A model generated the notes under the pieces. The model ran no database searches. It had not been told where the DNA came from and saw only the letters and a program-made list of their open reading frames with translations. A DNA stretch of 64,000 nt from the human T2T-CHM13v2.0 reference genome, Homo sapiens, in the NCBI RefSeq assembly GCF_009914755.1, contig NC_060936.1; one strand, written 5' to 3'. Both the position numbers and the translations under genes were made by a program. This document shows positions 1 to 15,908 of the stretch, one piece after another (the stretch's first letter is position 1; each line of letters starts with the position of its first letter).

Positions 1-1470
1 TGAGGGCGTGAGAGAAGGATCAAGGGTGGATGCCCAACAAATGGATGCAGAGGGCACGACCAGGAGCCAGAAGCCACCAGCATGGCCTGAAACTAGGTGG
101 GAAGGCGTAGGAAAGCCAGGATCTTTACAAGAGGACCTGTGCCTTAGGCAGTGAGGGTGCCTGGTCCTCAGCCAAGCTGTGAGGGTGGGGCTGTGATGAT
201 TTAGTGCCAGGAAGCCCAGAAATGGTCCTGAGGGGAGGGAGGCAACAGGCAGCATCTGGACCCAGGGCAGGAGAGTGGAAGTCAAGGGACCTGGCTCAGA
301 GAGGGCCTTCGGGTCAAAGGAGGAGGAGGGGCACCAGGCAGTCCTCTAAACCACGCAAAACTAAGGGGGTCACCAGCTACACTGGGAGATGGTAGAGCCT
401 CGGGACTCAGACCCCACTTTGAACTTCCCTCACATTCCCAGAGTGTGGGCTCTGCTCCTGGCATGGCCATGGGTGGCCAACAGGGAGGGAGAGAAGGGGC
501 AATGAGGGAGACACCAGAGGGGCCCGGGTGGTAGTCAGGGGTGTGGTACTTATTCAGAGTTGAGTTCTTGCAGCCGGTTTCACCCAGGCGGATTCCCTGA
601 GATCAGATAGGATATCTTGAAGCCAGGGGTGGTTTAGGATTAGGGTATGTCAGTGTCAGATTTGGACTCTCAGATTCCCTCCCCTGGGAGCTGCTTCAGG
701 GGGTGCCCCAGAAACTCACCCACCAGCACCAGCTCAGTAGTTTGTCTTCCAGGTGACAGCCAGAAACAGCGTGGCTCTCAACAGCCAGGCATTCTGTGGA
801 ATTCCTTTCGGCCTCAGGAGTGAAGGACAACTGTGGGGTTCAGGGTGTTCCACAGGCAGCAGTGAGGCTTCAGTGGTTTTCCTCTTACCTGAGCACTTTG
901 TCACAGAAACTCTCCTTTTCTCTGTGTGTGGGGGGTGTGCTGTGTGCAGTGTGATGCTGTGTGCACATAAACATTTGATAATCTGTGGGCTGTCAGCTTT
1001 GCTTAGTGGTGGGCTTTGGAAGAGGTGAAAGCTGTGTGTGCTGTAATAACCCGATACCCTGAAGGTACAAATTCCGAAGGTTGGTTATTTCCAGCTAGAA
1101 TCATGGCAGGAAGAAGGGGAGAAGTAAGGGAGCCTTGGCATGGCCTGTGTCACGTGGTTACCTTATCACACCTCATACAGGCATCCCTCATTTTACTGTA
1201 CTTTGCTTTATTGCGTTTCACAATTAATTGGTGGTTTTTACAAATCGAAGGTTTGTGGCAACCTGGCGCTGAGCAAGTCTTGTCAGCGCCAGTCTGTTCT
1301 TCCAACAGCACACACTCACTCCGTGTTTCAATGTCACATTTTGGTAATTCTCAAACATTTCCAACTTTTTCCTTACTATTATGTCTGTTATAGTGCTCTG
1401 AGATCAGCGAGCTTTGATACTACTATTGTCATTGTTTTGGGGCACCATGAACCACACCTGTATAAGACAG

Positions 1471-1558
1471 CAAACTTGATCAGTGTTGTGTGTGTCCCAA
1501 CTGCTCTCCTGTGTCAAACTTGATCAGTGTTGTGTGTGTCCCAACTGCTCTCCTGTGT
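1471..1558. repeat. Perfect 44-bp tandem duplication
   Basis: caaacttgatcagtgttgtgtgtgtcccaactgctctcctgtgt at 1471-1514 and 1515-1558. Confidence 0.97.
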
Positions 1559-3183
1559 CTCCCTCTCCTTGGGTCTCCCTATTCCCTGAAACACAACAAT
1601 TTTGAAATTAGGCCAATTGATAACCCTATAGTGGCCTATAAAGTGTTCAAGAGAAAGGAAGAGCTGCGCATCTCTCATTTTAAATCCAAAGCTAGAATGA
1701 TGACGGTGAAGGCATGTCCAAAACCGAGACAGGCCTAAAGCTAGGGGGCTCTTATACCAGTTAAGTATGTAAATGTAAAGGAAGAGTTCCTGAAGGAAAT
1801 GAAAGTGCTACGTCAGTGAAAACATGAATGATAAGAAAGTGGGACATCCTGATTGTTGATATGGAGAAAGTTTTAGTAGTCTGGATAGAAGATCAAACCA
1901 GCCACAACATTCCTTTCAGGCTAACCCAGAGCAAGGCCCTAACTCTTCAATTCTTTGAATGCTGAGAGAGGCGAAGAAGCTGCAGAAGAAAAGTGTGAAG
2001 CTAGCAGAGGTTGGTTCATGAGGTTTAAAGAAAAAAGCCATCTCCATAACATAAAAGTGCAAGGTGAAGCAGCGAGTGCTAATGGAGAAGCTGCAGTAAG
2101 CTGTCCAGAAGATCTAGCTACGCTCATTGATGAAGGTGGCTACGTCAAACAGCTTCACTGTAGGTGAAACGGCCTTCTACTGGAAGAAGATGCCATCTAG
2201 GACTTTCATAGCTGGAGAAGAGAAGTCCATGCCTGGCTTCAGAGCTTCAAAGGACAGGCTGAGTCTTGTTAGTACAGCTTGTGACTTTAAGTTGAAGCCA
2301 GTGCTACTAAATACACTCTGCCTGTGCTCTGTAAATGGAACAACAAAGTCTGGACGACAGCACATCTGTTTTCACAGTTTATGGAATAGTTTAAGCCCAG
2401 GTGAGACCTACTACTCAGAAAAAAGATTCCTTTCAAAATATTACTGCTCATTACAGTGCATCTGGTTACCCAAGAGCTCTCATGGAGATATACAAGAAGA
2501 TTAATATTTTTCATGCCTGCAAATACAACATCCATTCTACAACCCAGAAGTCAAGGAGTAATTTTGACTTTCAAGTCTTATTACTTAATAAATACATTTC
2601 ATAAAGCTACAGCTGCCATAGATAGTGATTCCTCTGATGGATCTGGGCAAAGTCAATTGAAAACCTTCTGGAAAGGAGTCACCATCCTAGATGCTATTAA
2701 GAATATTCATGATTCATGGGAGGAGGTCAAAATATCAACATTAACAGGAGTTTGGAAGAAACTGATTCCAGCCCTCATGGATCACTTTGAAGGGTTCAAG
2801 ACTTCATTGGAGGAGGGAACTGCAGATGTGGTAGAAATAGCAAGAGAACTAGCATTAGAAGTGGAGCCTGGAGATGCAACCAAATTGCTGCAATTTATTG
2901 ATCAAACTTGATTGGGTGAGTAGTTGCTTCTCACAGATGAGCAGAGAAAGTGGTTTCTTGAGATAGAATCTACTCCTGTTGAAGACGCTGTGAATATTGT
3001 TGAAATGACAACAAAGGACTGAGAATATTACATAACTTTACATTACATTACTTAGTTGATAAAGCAGCGGCAGGGTTTGAGAGGATTGACTCCAATTTTG
3101 AAAGAAGTTCTACTCTGGGTAAAATGCTATCAAACAGCATCACATGCCATAGAGAAATCTTTCATGAAAGGAATAATCAATTG

Positions 3184-3496
<313 letters not shown>

Positions 3497-4248
3497 TCAA
3501 TCAATGTGGCAAACTTCATTATTGTCTTATTTTAAGAAACTGCCACAGCCACCCCAGTCTTCATGACTCTGCCTCCTTGTCCCTGGTTCTGCCCTGCTTC
3601 CTCCCCTGTCCCTTTCTGTAGCTACCCTAGGCCCCCATGGGAGTCTCCATTTTGTCTCCTTTTCCGTAGGATCAGTGCTACAGACTTCTGTGGGATTAAC
3701 TCACCTTTTAAAGACCTTAAAACCATGGTTTCACTTGAATTCAGACAACTTTAGGAGCTTCCAGAGATTCAGTCACCTTTTATTTGAGGACATTTTTTTA
3801 ACCTCAAGGTGGCATTGTCATGGATTCTGTTGGCATCTGTGGGAGCTTAGGATTACAGATATTTGTGGGTACAACCTGCTAGACATCTTGTTTCTCTCTC
3901 CTTTACTTTCTTAAAGACTGAGTGACTTACCGGTATCTCAGATCACCAAATCAAGTGATCAGCAAATACTTCTGCATCTTCTTTAATCAGTCCAGTAACA
4001 AATGTTTATCATGTATTCATTCATTTGGGAGATAATCACTGAAAACTAAGCATTCGCTTAGATACCTGGAGATACAGAGGTTAGCAAGATAGAAACCGTT
4101 CCTGTTCTCATGAGTTTACAGGTTGCTGTCCAGCATACGGGGCAATATATAACATAGGGTTATAATTTAGGGTGGTGTGAAATTATGGAGGACCCTGAGA
4201 ACTGGCTAAGGAATTTTGACTTGTTTGGATTGGAAATTAACTGCTAGA

Positions 4249-4550
<302 letters not shown>

Positions 4551-4779
4551 CAGCTGCTAGAGGTATAAGTGAAAAAAATCTCATTAGAATCAACAAATAA
4601 TTATTGAGCAATAACAGAGCCTAGAAAGGACACCAAAACTACAGTTGCTTGTTTTTATGACCTTAGGACCTAGCCATGACAACAAGGCATTACAAGTGCA
4701 CACACACACACAATAGCCCTTGGCAAGAGTCAAACATGCAGCACAGAGAAGCGCTTTAGGAGCTGAGGGGCAAGATCGT

Positions 4780-5760
4780 TTAGTTCAGGTCAACACACAT
4801 GAACTGAGTGCCCATCATGTGAAAGCTGCTGTGTTTGGAGCTGGGGCTACAAACGTGGATAAAATAGTCTCTGATAGTTAGGAGCTCATAACTTAAGTCC
4901 CTTCATCTAGTATCTCAGGTGCAATACAAAAGGAATACTAAGTTGCAAAAGGAATCCTAAGGAGGAAGGTATTAACTTTGCCTGAGATGGAGGAAGAATG
5001 TCCAGAGGGCTTCCTGGAGGGGGTGAGACCACTGGTACAGGGTGTTGAAGGATCAGCCTGTGGCAGGGTAGACAGGGAGAGGAAGGCATCGTCGGCAGAG
5101 GAACAGCTTGAGGCAAGGCATAGATACGTGAAATAGCTTTGTGATTAGGGGAGGTATAGCAATAGGAAGCATTGAAGGGGTATGAGTGACAGTCTGAATT
5201 GTTTTAGGAATCACCCTGCTGGCGAGATTGGGAAGGGGGAAGGCTGGATCCAAGTAGGATGCTATTGGAATATTCCAGGCGAAAGACCATGAGTATCTAA
5301 GGCTGTATGGTGGGAGGGGTCAGAGGGATGGATCTGATGTTGGGAGTGCCGTCAGCAGGAGTTGGTGACTGACTGGGTGGGAGGAGTGGGGAGAGCCAGA
5401 ATTGAGTGTGAGGAACATGGGAGGAAGACTAAGCTCCCTGGGAAAAGGCTAAACGTCTAGTCGGGGCCATGCTGAGTTTGAGGACCCTGCAGGAAATTCG
5501 GGTGGAAAAGTCCAGCTGCATCTGGAGAGCGGAGAGTGTTTTGGAGCCGGAGAGGAAGTTAGGCAGTCATCAACACGCAAGGGGTGGTGAAACCATGGGA
5601 ACGGATGAGGTCACTTGTGGAGAGGGCCTGTAGCCCAGGGAACTATGGGCTGGGCTGGGCTGGGTGGTCAGGGAAGTTCTGAGGGAGCGTTGAAGGACTG
5701 TTGGGTTAGAATGCCTGTTCCTCCGTGCATATGAGGAAAGCTCAGGACACATCAAAGCAA
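4780..5760 (+). mobile_element. Degraded L2/MIR-like sequence
   Basis: Purine-rich blocks typical of L2 3' regions; boundaries uncertain. Confidence 0.45.
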
Positions 5761-5783
5761 GTAAGAGGGTTTGGGGAGGGAAG

Positions 5784-6174
5784 TGTCTACGAAGAGTCAA
5801 ACTCTGTAAAATATTTGAAGAGATTTATTCTGAGCCAAATATGAGTGACCATGGCCTGTGACACAGTCCACAGGAGGTCCTGAGAACATGTGCCCCAGGT
5901 GGTCGGGGTACAGTTTGGTTTTATATATTTTAGGGAGGCATGAGACGTCATGAAATTGCCAGGCAACTTCAAGGTATGGCAAGGAAATATATTTTGGGGT
6001 TAAATATTTTTTCCTCGTTCCATAATGTTACTCCAGAGTCAGATTGAAAAGTAAGTCACCATATATAGGGTCAAATAAAACCCATCTGATGAGAATTTAC
6101 GGTTTGTAGGGCATGACTCCCTAGACCCCTAGGTAGGAATTTGGGCAAGATAAAAAATGAGAGCTTAGTCCTCA
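5784..6174 (-). mobile_element. MER4-group (ERV1) solo LTR
   Basis: Minus strand TGAGGACTAAGCTC...CAGAATAAATCTCTTCAAATATTTTACAGAGTTTGACTCTTCGTAGACA; TG...CA ends; 4-bp TSD GAAG at 5780-5783 and 6175-6178. Confidence 0.88.
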
Positions 6175-8184
6175 GAAGTTAGCAAGTGTGTGAACCCAGA
6201 TTATGGGGAACCTCAAATTGTGGCTAAGGAGGACATCACATCCTTTCTGAAATGGTGACTGAATGTTGAGTGAACTCAGTGTTTGAGGGTGGTTGATTTG
6301 GCGATGGGGTACAGAATAGATGGGGAGACCGGAGGCAGGTGGACTGGCCTGGGCAGCTGTTGTGGAATGCCATCTGTAAGGTGATAGGGGCTTGGATGCA
6401 GCAGGAATGGAAATGAGGGATAAACAGGAGACTGAGTTGTGGGACTCCTCCAGAGGCTATGTCCGGAGCTTGCAGTTATCGGAAGGCATTTTGCATGGTG
6501 GGGCCTGGGATGCGGGTGGTAAATGGGGCTGTGCATGCAGGGTTTATGTCTTGTTTTATCCTCATCTGTGGCACCTGAAACATAGTTTGCACTCTCGGTC
6601 AGTATTTATTGAGGCAGTGCCTACACGGTGGTCCTGTTGACAGAAGGGGAAGAGTCTTAAGAAACACTGATGTGGAAAGGTGCTGAGCTTCATGAAGTTG
6701 GAGCATGGTGGGGCATCCAAGTGGAGATGCCCAACAAGCGATAAGCCAGGGGGGACCCAGCTAGAGCTGCAGATGGCTTCAGTTCATTGGTATTTAGGAG
6801 ATGAAAGTACAGGAGGAATAAAGATGAGCAGATACCTTAAAGGCTACAGAAAGAATAAGAAAAATGTGCCAATCACCATAATAGGAGGCAGAACATGTTA
6901 AATGTTAAGAAAAAAATGGTCACAAAGTGTTACAAAGATTCAGAAATAAGAAATCCCATCTGGTTGAGGGGAGATCAGGAAAGTGTCCTTTGAGGAGGTG
7001 GCATTTTGATGGGCAGAGGAAGGCAAGAGGAGGAGGCAGCGGGCCGGGGCAGGGGTGCACAGGTGGGCATGCCTGGATGCCAGCTCACCCTGGCGAGCTC
7101 AGATGTGCAGGCTTTTTAGGAGACTCTATGAAGTGGAAGTGGAAGATGAACTGAGTGGGGAAAATGAAAAGGGGATCTTGGGATGAGGGTCTTACTCTTT
7201 GCAAATGCATTGCCTGTGGCATCTCCTTTCCCAGCAGCCGTGGGATCAGGAGCTCCTTATCTGCCATGCTTGTTAAAACGAGACTGTCTTTGGGGAAGGA
7301 AAGAAAACAGCACTTTTTGCTGTGGCTTCTTTAGCCCTTGGCCCTCAGGCTCAGCCCACTCTGCCTGACTCCAGGAGCGTGTGGAGAGAGGCTGTGAAGT
7401 CTCACACTGTCCCGGAGATAACCCAGAGCAGGTGTTATAGGAACTTTCCTTAAAAAAGCAACCACATGGTTCTTTAAGGCCACAGGATTTTCAGGGAGAA
7501 CTTCAGGGATAGAAGGGAGAGGAGGGAATGAAATCATTTTACAGTGTTTATTTGCATATATTATAGAAGACATTTCAGACATATTAAAGATGAGAAACAA
7601 GAAGGCTACAGTAGTCTGAGTACATCCTGTATTCCTAAGAAACAAATGTGCAAACATCTCAAATCCAGACATGGGTATACGTTTTAGACTAGAGAAATAG
7701 AAATTCTAGACCTTGTACATTGCTTAGAGGATTAAAAAGGAATGGGCATATGATGGCCATGGAGGAGAGAAGGATAGCTGTGTTTTGTGGTTTAGAAGAT
7801 TGTCTCTTTAAAGCTTTGAGAGCCTTCATTGATGGATAAACTAGGAGGCCTTGAACACACTGGTTATTAAATGTTAATGTGACATATTGAGGTTGGAACC
7901 TTGCTCCAGAGTAACATGCAAATATTAGTTTTCAGAACACCTGAGCTTGTGGCCTTGAGCCTAACACAACTGACAGTAGCCTCCAAGTCCAGGCTGACTC
8001 AGTTGAGTTGGTCTGTTTCAGAGGATTAAGTCCTTCTCTGTATACAGTTGAGAATTTCTCCCTCACATAGATGAAGTACGTTTAGTAAGTATGTCATGTA
8101 TACTTTCAATTAATTACCAATCCATTTATTCATTCAAAAACATGTATGAAGTACCTAGCCAGATAACTGCCTCTGGCACTTGTT

Positions 8185-8400
8185 GAGCATTTCTATATGC
8201 CAGGCACATATCTTATAAGAGCTTGCAGTAGATCAGCTTATTTAATCTTCCCAACAACCCTGTAACGTGGGCATTTTTATTCTCCCCATTTTACAGATGA
8301 GGCAACTGAGACAGAGAGAGGTTAGGTGGCTTGCCTGAGGTTACCTGGCTGGGAAGTAGTGGTTCTGAGATTGGAACCCTGGCAGAGCTCATGCTGAGCC
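8185..8400 (-). mobile_element. MIR
   Basis: MIR core cccattttacagatgaggcaactgagacagagagaggttaggtggcttgcc. Confidence 0.8.
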
Positions 8401-9459
8401 GTGAAGTTTTAACTGTTAGGCCAGATGGCCTGGCATGCTTGTGAAATTGCCTTGGACTAGAACAAATGGGAAGCTTATTCAAAACGTGTATTTATTCTAG
8501 TAACCTCATAGGTCATTCAGTATGTAGGAAATGCCATGGAACCAACGACTCAAATAATTTGGTATAAATGTGTTTACATTTCAGCAGCTTCACAGTTTGA
8601 GGAACTTTGGATGTTTGTCTCCATTCTGCTGAACAGAGCAGACCTTTCAATTTAGGTTTAAGCCAAATGCTGTTGGTAATTAATGATGCTACGGAGGCCA
8701 ATTCTAGGAAAAAATAACACTTTAGCATCCAGCATGGTGCAGTCTGAAAGGCTGGCGCCTTTGCTGTGGTTCTTCTTACACAAAGCACCTTATTGACATC
8801 ACAAAACCACTGAGGGACTCCTTCTAGTCACCAAAGGTACAAAACCACCCTGGGCCGGGGAGTTTGTCTCCACTGAGAATAAAAGCCATGCAGACTTAGC
8901 AGCTGGGCGGGTGTTTCTTCTGCCCTCCTGCTGGCTTGCAGGCCAGGACTCCTGCTGTGTGTGTGCAAGAAATTCAGTCCTTGGAACTCCCCTGGGAAAC
9001 CCAGGGTTTTGGCTTTATACCCAATCTGACAAGAAAGGGCCCTCCCTGCCCCCACCCAAACCATTGCCAGGGCAATGAATTCTCATCAACTCCACATCCG
9101 GAAGGAATCTGGAAAACCCGGCTCAGAGCTTCTGAAGAGGCTGCTACAGGGTATTTTAACAGCAAATCCCAAAGCCTTAACAGCTGTTGATATGGAGACC
9201 ATTTAAAAACGTGTGTTCGTAACCCAAGTAATAGATGTCCACTGTAGAAACACAGGAAAATATAGATAAGAAGAATTAAAGCCCCTTTATGGGATCCTAT
9301 TTTGTTTGTATACTAATCCTTGTTTAATCTGGGAAGGGGAACAAGTTAACAAACCATTCGGACGAAAGTTGATACAAACTTGAATTTTCCACCAGAATGT
9401 TTAGGGAAGGTAATGTGTCAATACCTTTTTCCTTTATGAAAAAAGTGTTAATAAAATTA

Positions 9460-9792
<333 letters not shown>

Positions 9793-9939
9793 TCAGAATT
9801 AACGTTGCCAGTTTTCCTGAGATGGTAAGGTCGTTTCCTGGCCCATGCCTAGCCTACCTAACCTCTCTCTGCTGCTCTGTTGATCATGGCCCAAGTCAGG
9901 TGAACCTATATGAAGAAGTCTGTTTGCTTTATTTCCCAG

Positions 9940-10062
9940 ACACCAAATGGATTGCTTCTGACTCCGAGTCCACTGCTCTCCAGCATACATTTCTGGAGCA
10001 GCCTTAGTCCAGTTGCTCCGCTGAGTCCTGCCAGGCTGCAAGGGCCAAGCACGCTGTTCCAG
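9940..10062 (+). CDS. ELK3: ELK3 penultimate coding exon (exon 4), C-box transactivation domain
   Basis: tttatttcccag|ACA...CAG|gtgagc; 123 nt, phase 0/0; translates [41 protein letters not shown], the IHFWSxLSP motif of ELK/TCF factors. Confidence 0.97.
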
Positions 10063-10371
10063 GTGAGCGTTTGGAAATGAACTTTTGAACATTAAGCTTC
10101 TGAGGGATGGTTTTTTCTCTAAATCCTGCAGAGGTAACGGTGAGTTTTGCCATATGTTGAGTTGAAATATTAAATGTCCAGAGGGGGTTCATGTTAGTGG
10201 GGTTGCACGCCCTTCAGAGGCAGACATTTTCATTGAGGCAGAAATTGCAGACTCATGCCAGACACCCATACGTGGAACAATTAGTTCTTAAAGTGTTTTG
10301 CATATTTTCATTTGTCTATGAAAACAGGAAATTTATTAAGGAAAAGGCAAAACTTTAAAAATTATTCTTTA

Positions 10372-10510
10372 GGCCAGTGTGATGGCTCACACCTGTAATC
10401 CCAGCACTTTGGGAGGTTGAGGGTGGGAGGATTGTTTGAGCCCAGGAGTTTGAGACCAGCCTGGGCAACACAGCAAGACCCCATCTATATTTAAAATAAA
10501 ATGAAAATAA
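10372..10510 (+). mobile_element. Alu left monomer (FLAM-like)
   Basis: Single monomer with A-rich tail. Confidence 0.88.
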
Positions 10511-12103
10511 ATATTATTATTTATAAAAGTCCACAAAAGACTTTAAAATATTAATCCTCCTAGTTAATGTAGCAACTTGTTTGACATAAAGTGAAAATAA
10601 AAATAGTGAACAATTTCCCCATCCTGGGATAGAAAAATTACTTGCATCATTTTATGAATCATCATTAAGTTCTCCTTGTTCTGTAATGAAAAAGGAGAAT
10701 CCAGGGCATTTGGTTAAAAAATAATGAAGACTTAGCTGCTTTATCTTATAGAACTCTCCATACTAGGCGAGCACCTTCATTATTCATTCACACACCAGAA
10801 TCTTGCAGGACCGTCACTTGCTATCATGGAGAAATCAGTATTTCCTCCTTGAGACCCATAGATCATTACTCACTGATTAAGGTGTTACTGTTTGAATATG
10901 TTGAGTGCAGGTGGAAAGAATCCTAGGGACAGGACTGAAGAAAAGGTGGACCCAGTGCAAACTCCCTCTTTCCCAAATTCTAGCTTTTCTCATCGTCCCT
11001 GCCTGTATCCTGTGCCCCACAGTGTGGCTTACCCCAAGTTAGTTGCAGCTCTTTGGATACCATTTCATCTAGCACGTGGCACTTTGTATTATGATTGCCT
11101 GTTGATCTGGCAATCTTTCTCACTAAACTATGGGCCCTCGAGACCAGAATGGAATCCTGTTCACTGTGGTGTCCCCAGCATCTGGCACATGGCTTGGTAC
11201 ACAAGTGAGGCTCAGTAATAATTGACTGTCTAAATGAATTCACAAAGAGAAGTCTGAGAAGGGCCAGTATTAATAGCAAGTCTTCATGATCATCTGAGCT
11301 GGTCATTTTGCTTGTCAAGGTTAATGTCTGCTGAGTACCTCCTCTGTGCCAGGAGCTGTACATGCTGGGATTCAGGGTCTCTTTGTAAGGGTGGAGCTAA
11401 AGAGGTTTTGATTGCCATCTTGCTTCTTTGGTTTCCTAGTGGAGTTAGGGTAGGGTGTCATGAAGTGACCATATCCTTGGAGTAATTGGGTTTCTATCTC
11501 TTTCACAGCCCTTATTCCCATCACAACAACTTGAGCTATAGTCATGTTGATTTTTAACAATTTCAGCTTGGGTAGGAAAAGAGAAACTAGAAATAGCAAA
11601 AAGCAATGAGCAAATGTTGTATTAGGAAAGTTTAAAATTAGGAATACTAATCTTTTGGTGGAGAGAGAAAAACACCTCATTTCCTGAAAGTCTTAAGATT
11701 AGAGCAGCAGAATTCTAAAATTAATAGAATAGAAAGAAATTGTTTGGTTACAGTAAACTCCATGGCAGTAGGGATTGTTATACTACTCTAATCCTAGAAT
11801 CTAACACAGAGCTTCTGTAGAGTTCAGTAGGTATTTGTGAATAATAAGTGGCCTCTCATTTCTCTCCTTACTGGGAATTCTGCCACCTGATTGGTGCAGG
11901 CCTTGGCAACCTCCTAGGAAAGCAATGGAGCACTATTGGCTGGGGGTTCTTTGGGATTCCTTGTCTTAGATACCTTTTCCAGCCCAACACTCCCAACAGG
12001 AAATGATGGTTCATGTCTACAGTGATTCGACACGTTATCAGGATCTCTGGGAGTTGGGATACGTGCATCCGCTCGTTTCTTCAGTCCTCAGTCACTACTG
12101 TAG

Positions 12104-12617
<514 letters not shown>

Positions 12618-13024
12618 TAGAATTCTGCATCAGAAATTACTGCATTTAAAGGCTACCTGCTTAGAGTTTTAATTTCACCAAGTGGACCTGTTCTCTTTCC
12701 TGAAGCCATTCAGAATACAACCCTTGAAAAAAAAGACAAGCTGGTATTCCGGATGGCTGACAGGTTGTATGGCCTTGGGCTCTCTTTTTGTGGCTGGATC
12801 CAGGAGACTAAGGAAAAACAATTTTTTGCCTTTTAAAATATTATTAGTCTTCCTGTGAAAAGAGCAACTGAGTATGGCAAAAGTTGAAAATAGCAATTTT
12901 GAGAACGGTAAACAACAAAATATGGTAGAGGAATAACTTTCTGATTTTTAAAACTAGATGTTACAATTGATACATATTCAGAATTCAGATTACTATCAGC
13001 AGTGCCTCTTATTTTTTTAAGAAC

Positions 13025-13157
13025 TTTTTTTTTTTTTTAAATTTAGAGACGGGGTCTCATTATGTTGTCCAGGCTGGTCTTGAACTCCTGGGTTCAAGTA
13101 GTCCTCCACTTCAGCCTCTGGAGTAGCTGGGACTACAGGCATACCACCACGCTGGCC
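13025..13157 (-). mobile_element. Alu monomer/partial
   Basis: Reverse-complement monomer. Confidence 0.85.
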
Positions 13158-14186
13158 AACATCCCTTTTAAACTGATGAAAATAATTTTCTTTCAAAATA
13201 ACAACAAACCTCTTTCATGTACGCTATAGATGTAATGAAGGAAGAAAAAAATAGATTTGGCTTACACATTTTAAATGATGCTGGCAAGTTTCCTATTACC
13301 ATGATTGGAAAGGTTGATCAGAATCCTTGGGGTAATAGTTGAACAGCTGAAGCATTTTTGTACAGAAGGGCCCCTAATATGATTACTATAGCAGGTTATA
13401 GCAGATATTAAAGAATTCCAAGGAAGGAGAGAGAAGACGCCTTTCTGGAAGAGGTATGCTTTAAAATTGAGAAATGTTTAGGTAAGGAGAGAGGCACCGA
13501 AGACATTGTGCTAAATGTAAACAAAGAACCTTGATTTATATAAATAAAGTGAACTCGGTTTTTCTTGGACAGTTTATTATTTTCTTCTTGTCTAAGGATG
13601 TCTGTTCCATGACTTTTGAAACAGATTTTGTTCCAATGTGGAATATACCTAGTAGGAATAGGTATGTCTTGAAACAAGGTAGAGCTAATTAAGTTTTCAA
13701 TTAAGAATGTGTGCTGTAATTTTTAGTTCAACAAATCTAACCCCAGCAAATATTTGCAATGCTCTGCGACAAGGACTGTAGGGACAGAGAATATGTGAAT
13801 AGTGGATGAGTAAACAAACTGCTGCAGAAAGTAAGGGGCAGACGCGCTTTTTCCAGCTGGCCACTGGACAGGCTCCAAGGAAGCAGTGGCGCCTCAGCTG
13901 GGAGGAAGGGACAGGATTTCAATCGAGTACATTTAGATGAATAGAGCCGAATGACGGGGACGTGAGAGTCTGTTCAGGAAGGGACCAGGTGATAGGAGAT
14001 AAGGTTGGAAACGCAGCTGTGGGCCTTGAATATAGGCTTAGGAATTTCTCTCTTTATCTGTTAAATGTTTACGCTTTTTAAGCTGGAGGTAGGAGGATGA
14101 GATCTCTGTTTTAGAGAACAATCACTGATATTAGTGTGGAGGAAGAACTGAAGAGAAAGTGGAAGGAACAGGAAGATAAGAGGAAA

Positions 14187-14493
<307 letters not shown>

Positions 14494-14707
14494 TAGAGGA
14501 AATGATACTACAAATATTGAAGGGAGAATCATCTTTGAGATTAAAACAGTGGACACAGGATATAATTAGAAGACATTTTAGAGGTGAGCTCAAGAGAGGC
14601 AGACTTTGAGCTGGGTCTGAGGGGTAAAGTAGGTATTGAAAATTAAGTAGAAGCAAAGATTACTAAGTGATTAACATACTGGAAATGCTACTAAATAACA
14701 ATAGTTA

Positions 14708-15008
<301 letters not shown>

Positions 15009-15611
15009 ATAACAATAGTTAACATTTATTGATGATTGATGACTTATTGTGTGCAAGACGTTGTTCTTAGCACTTTTGGTGGCTTCTCATTTAATACTCC
15101 CAGTAATTCTATTTTAGAGATAAGAAACTAAGGCACAGGGATATTGGCTAGTTTATTCAAGATAACACACTCGTAAGTGGTGGAGCCCTGACTCAAGTTT
15201 TAAGTTTGTGGTCCCAGCCACCATTCTCACTGACTTGGAGTAAGCAATGGAAGAAGGGCGAGTTTTGTGGGAAAGAGGCATTGGTTGGAGATGTCTAAAA
15301 TGGAAATGGTTGTCAAGTCCAAGCATGGTACTGGAGAAAAGGTGGCTGGGGACAAAAGTTTGGGAAACGTTGCAGTTTAAAATAGGGGAGTGTCATGGGA
15401 GAAGAGCCTAATAAAGATGACTAAAAAAATGTTAGAAAAGCCAGGCTAATCAAGAGAAACTATGTCCATTGAGTATACAGAAATAATAAGGGCAGAAATC
15501 AGTAATTTATTTTGCAAAACAGATGAATACCAAAACTGATTCTCTTGAAAACACCAATAAGGTACACCAAAGAGAGAGAAGATGCAAATAAACAAAAAGA
15601 ATGAAAATGCA

Positions 15612-15908
15612 GGCTGGGCACAGTGGCTGACATCTGCAATCCCAGCACTTTGGGAGGCTGAGGCAGGCCAGTTGCTTGAGCTCAGGAGTTCCAGACCAGC
15701 CTGGGCAACATGGTGAAACCTCGTATTTACCAAACATACAAAAATTAGCTAGGCATGGTGGCATCCACCTGTAGTCCCAGCTACTTAGGAGGCTGAAGTG
15801 GGAGGATGGCTGGGAGGTGGAGGTTGCAGTGAGCCAATATTGCATCACTATGTTCCAGCCTGGGTGACAGAGCCAGACACTATCTCTAAATAAAATAAAT
15901 AAATAAAT
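15612..15908 (+). mobile_element. AluJ
   Basis: Dimeric Alu, (AAAT)n tail. Confidence 0.92.

Noticed and set aside
1955-2911. Transposase-like ORFs suggesting a domesticated TIGD-type gene
   Set aside because: Broken across frames with stops and deletions; element is Alu-interrupted and 3'-truncated, so an ordinary Tigger1 fossil
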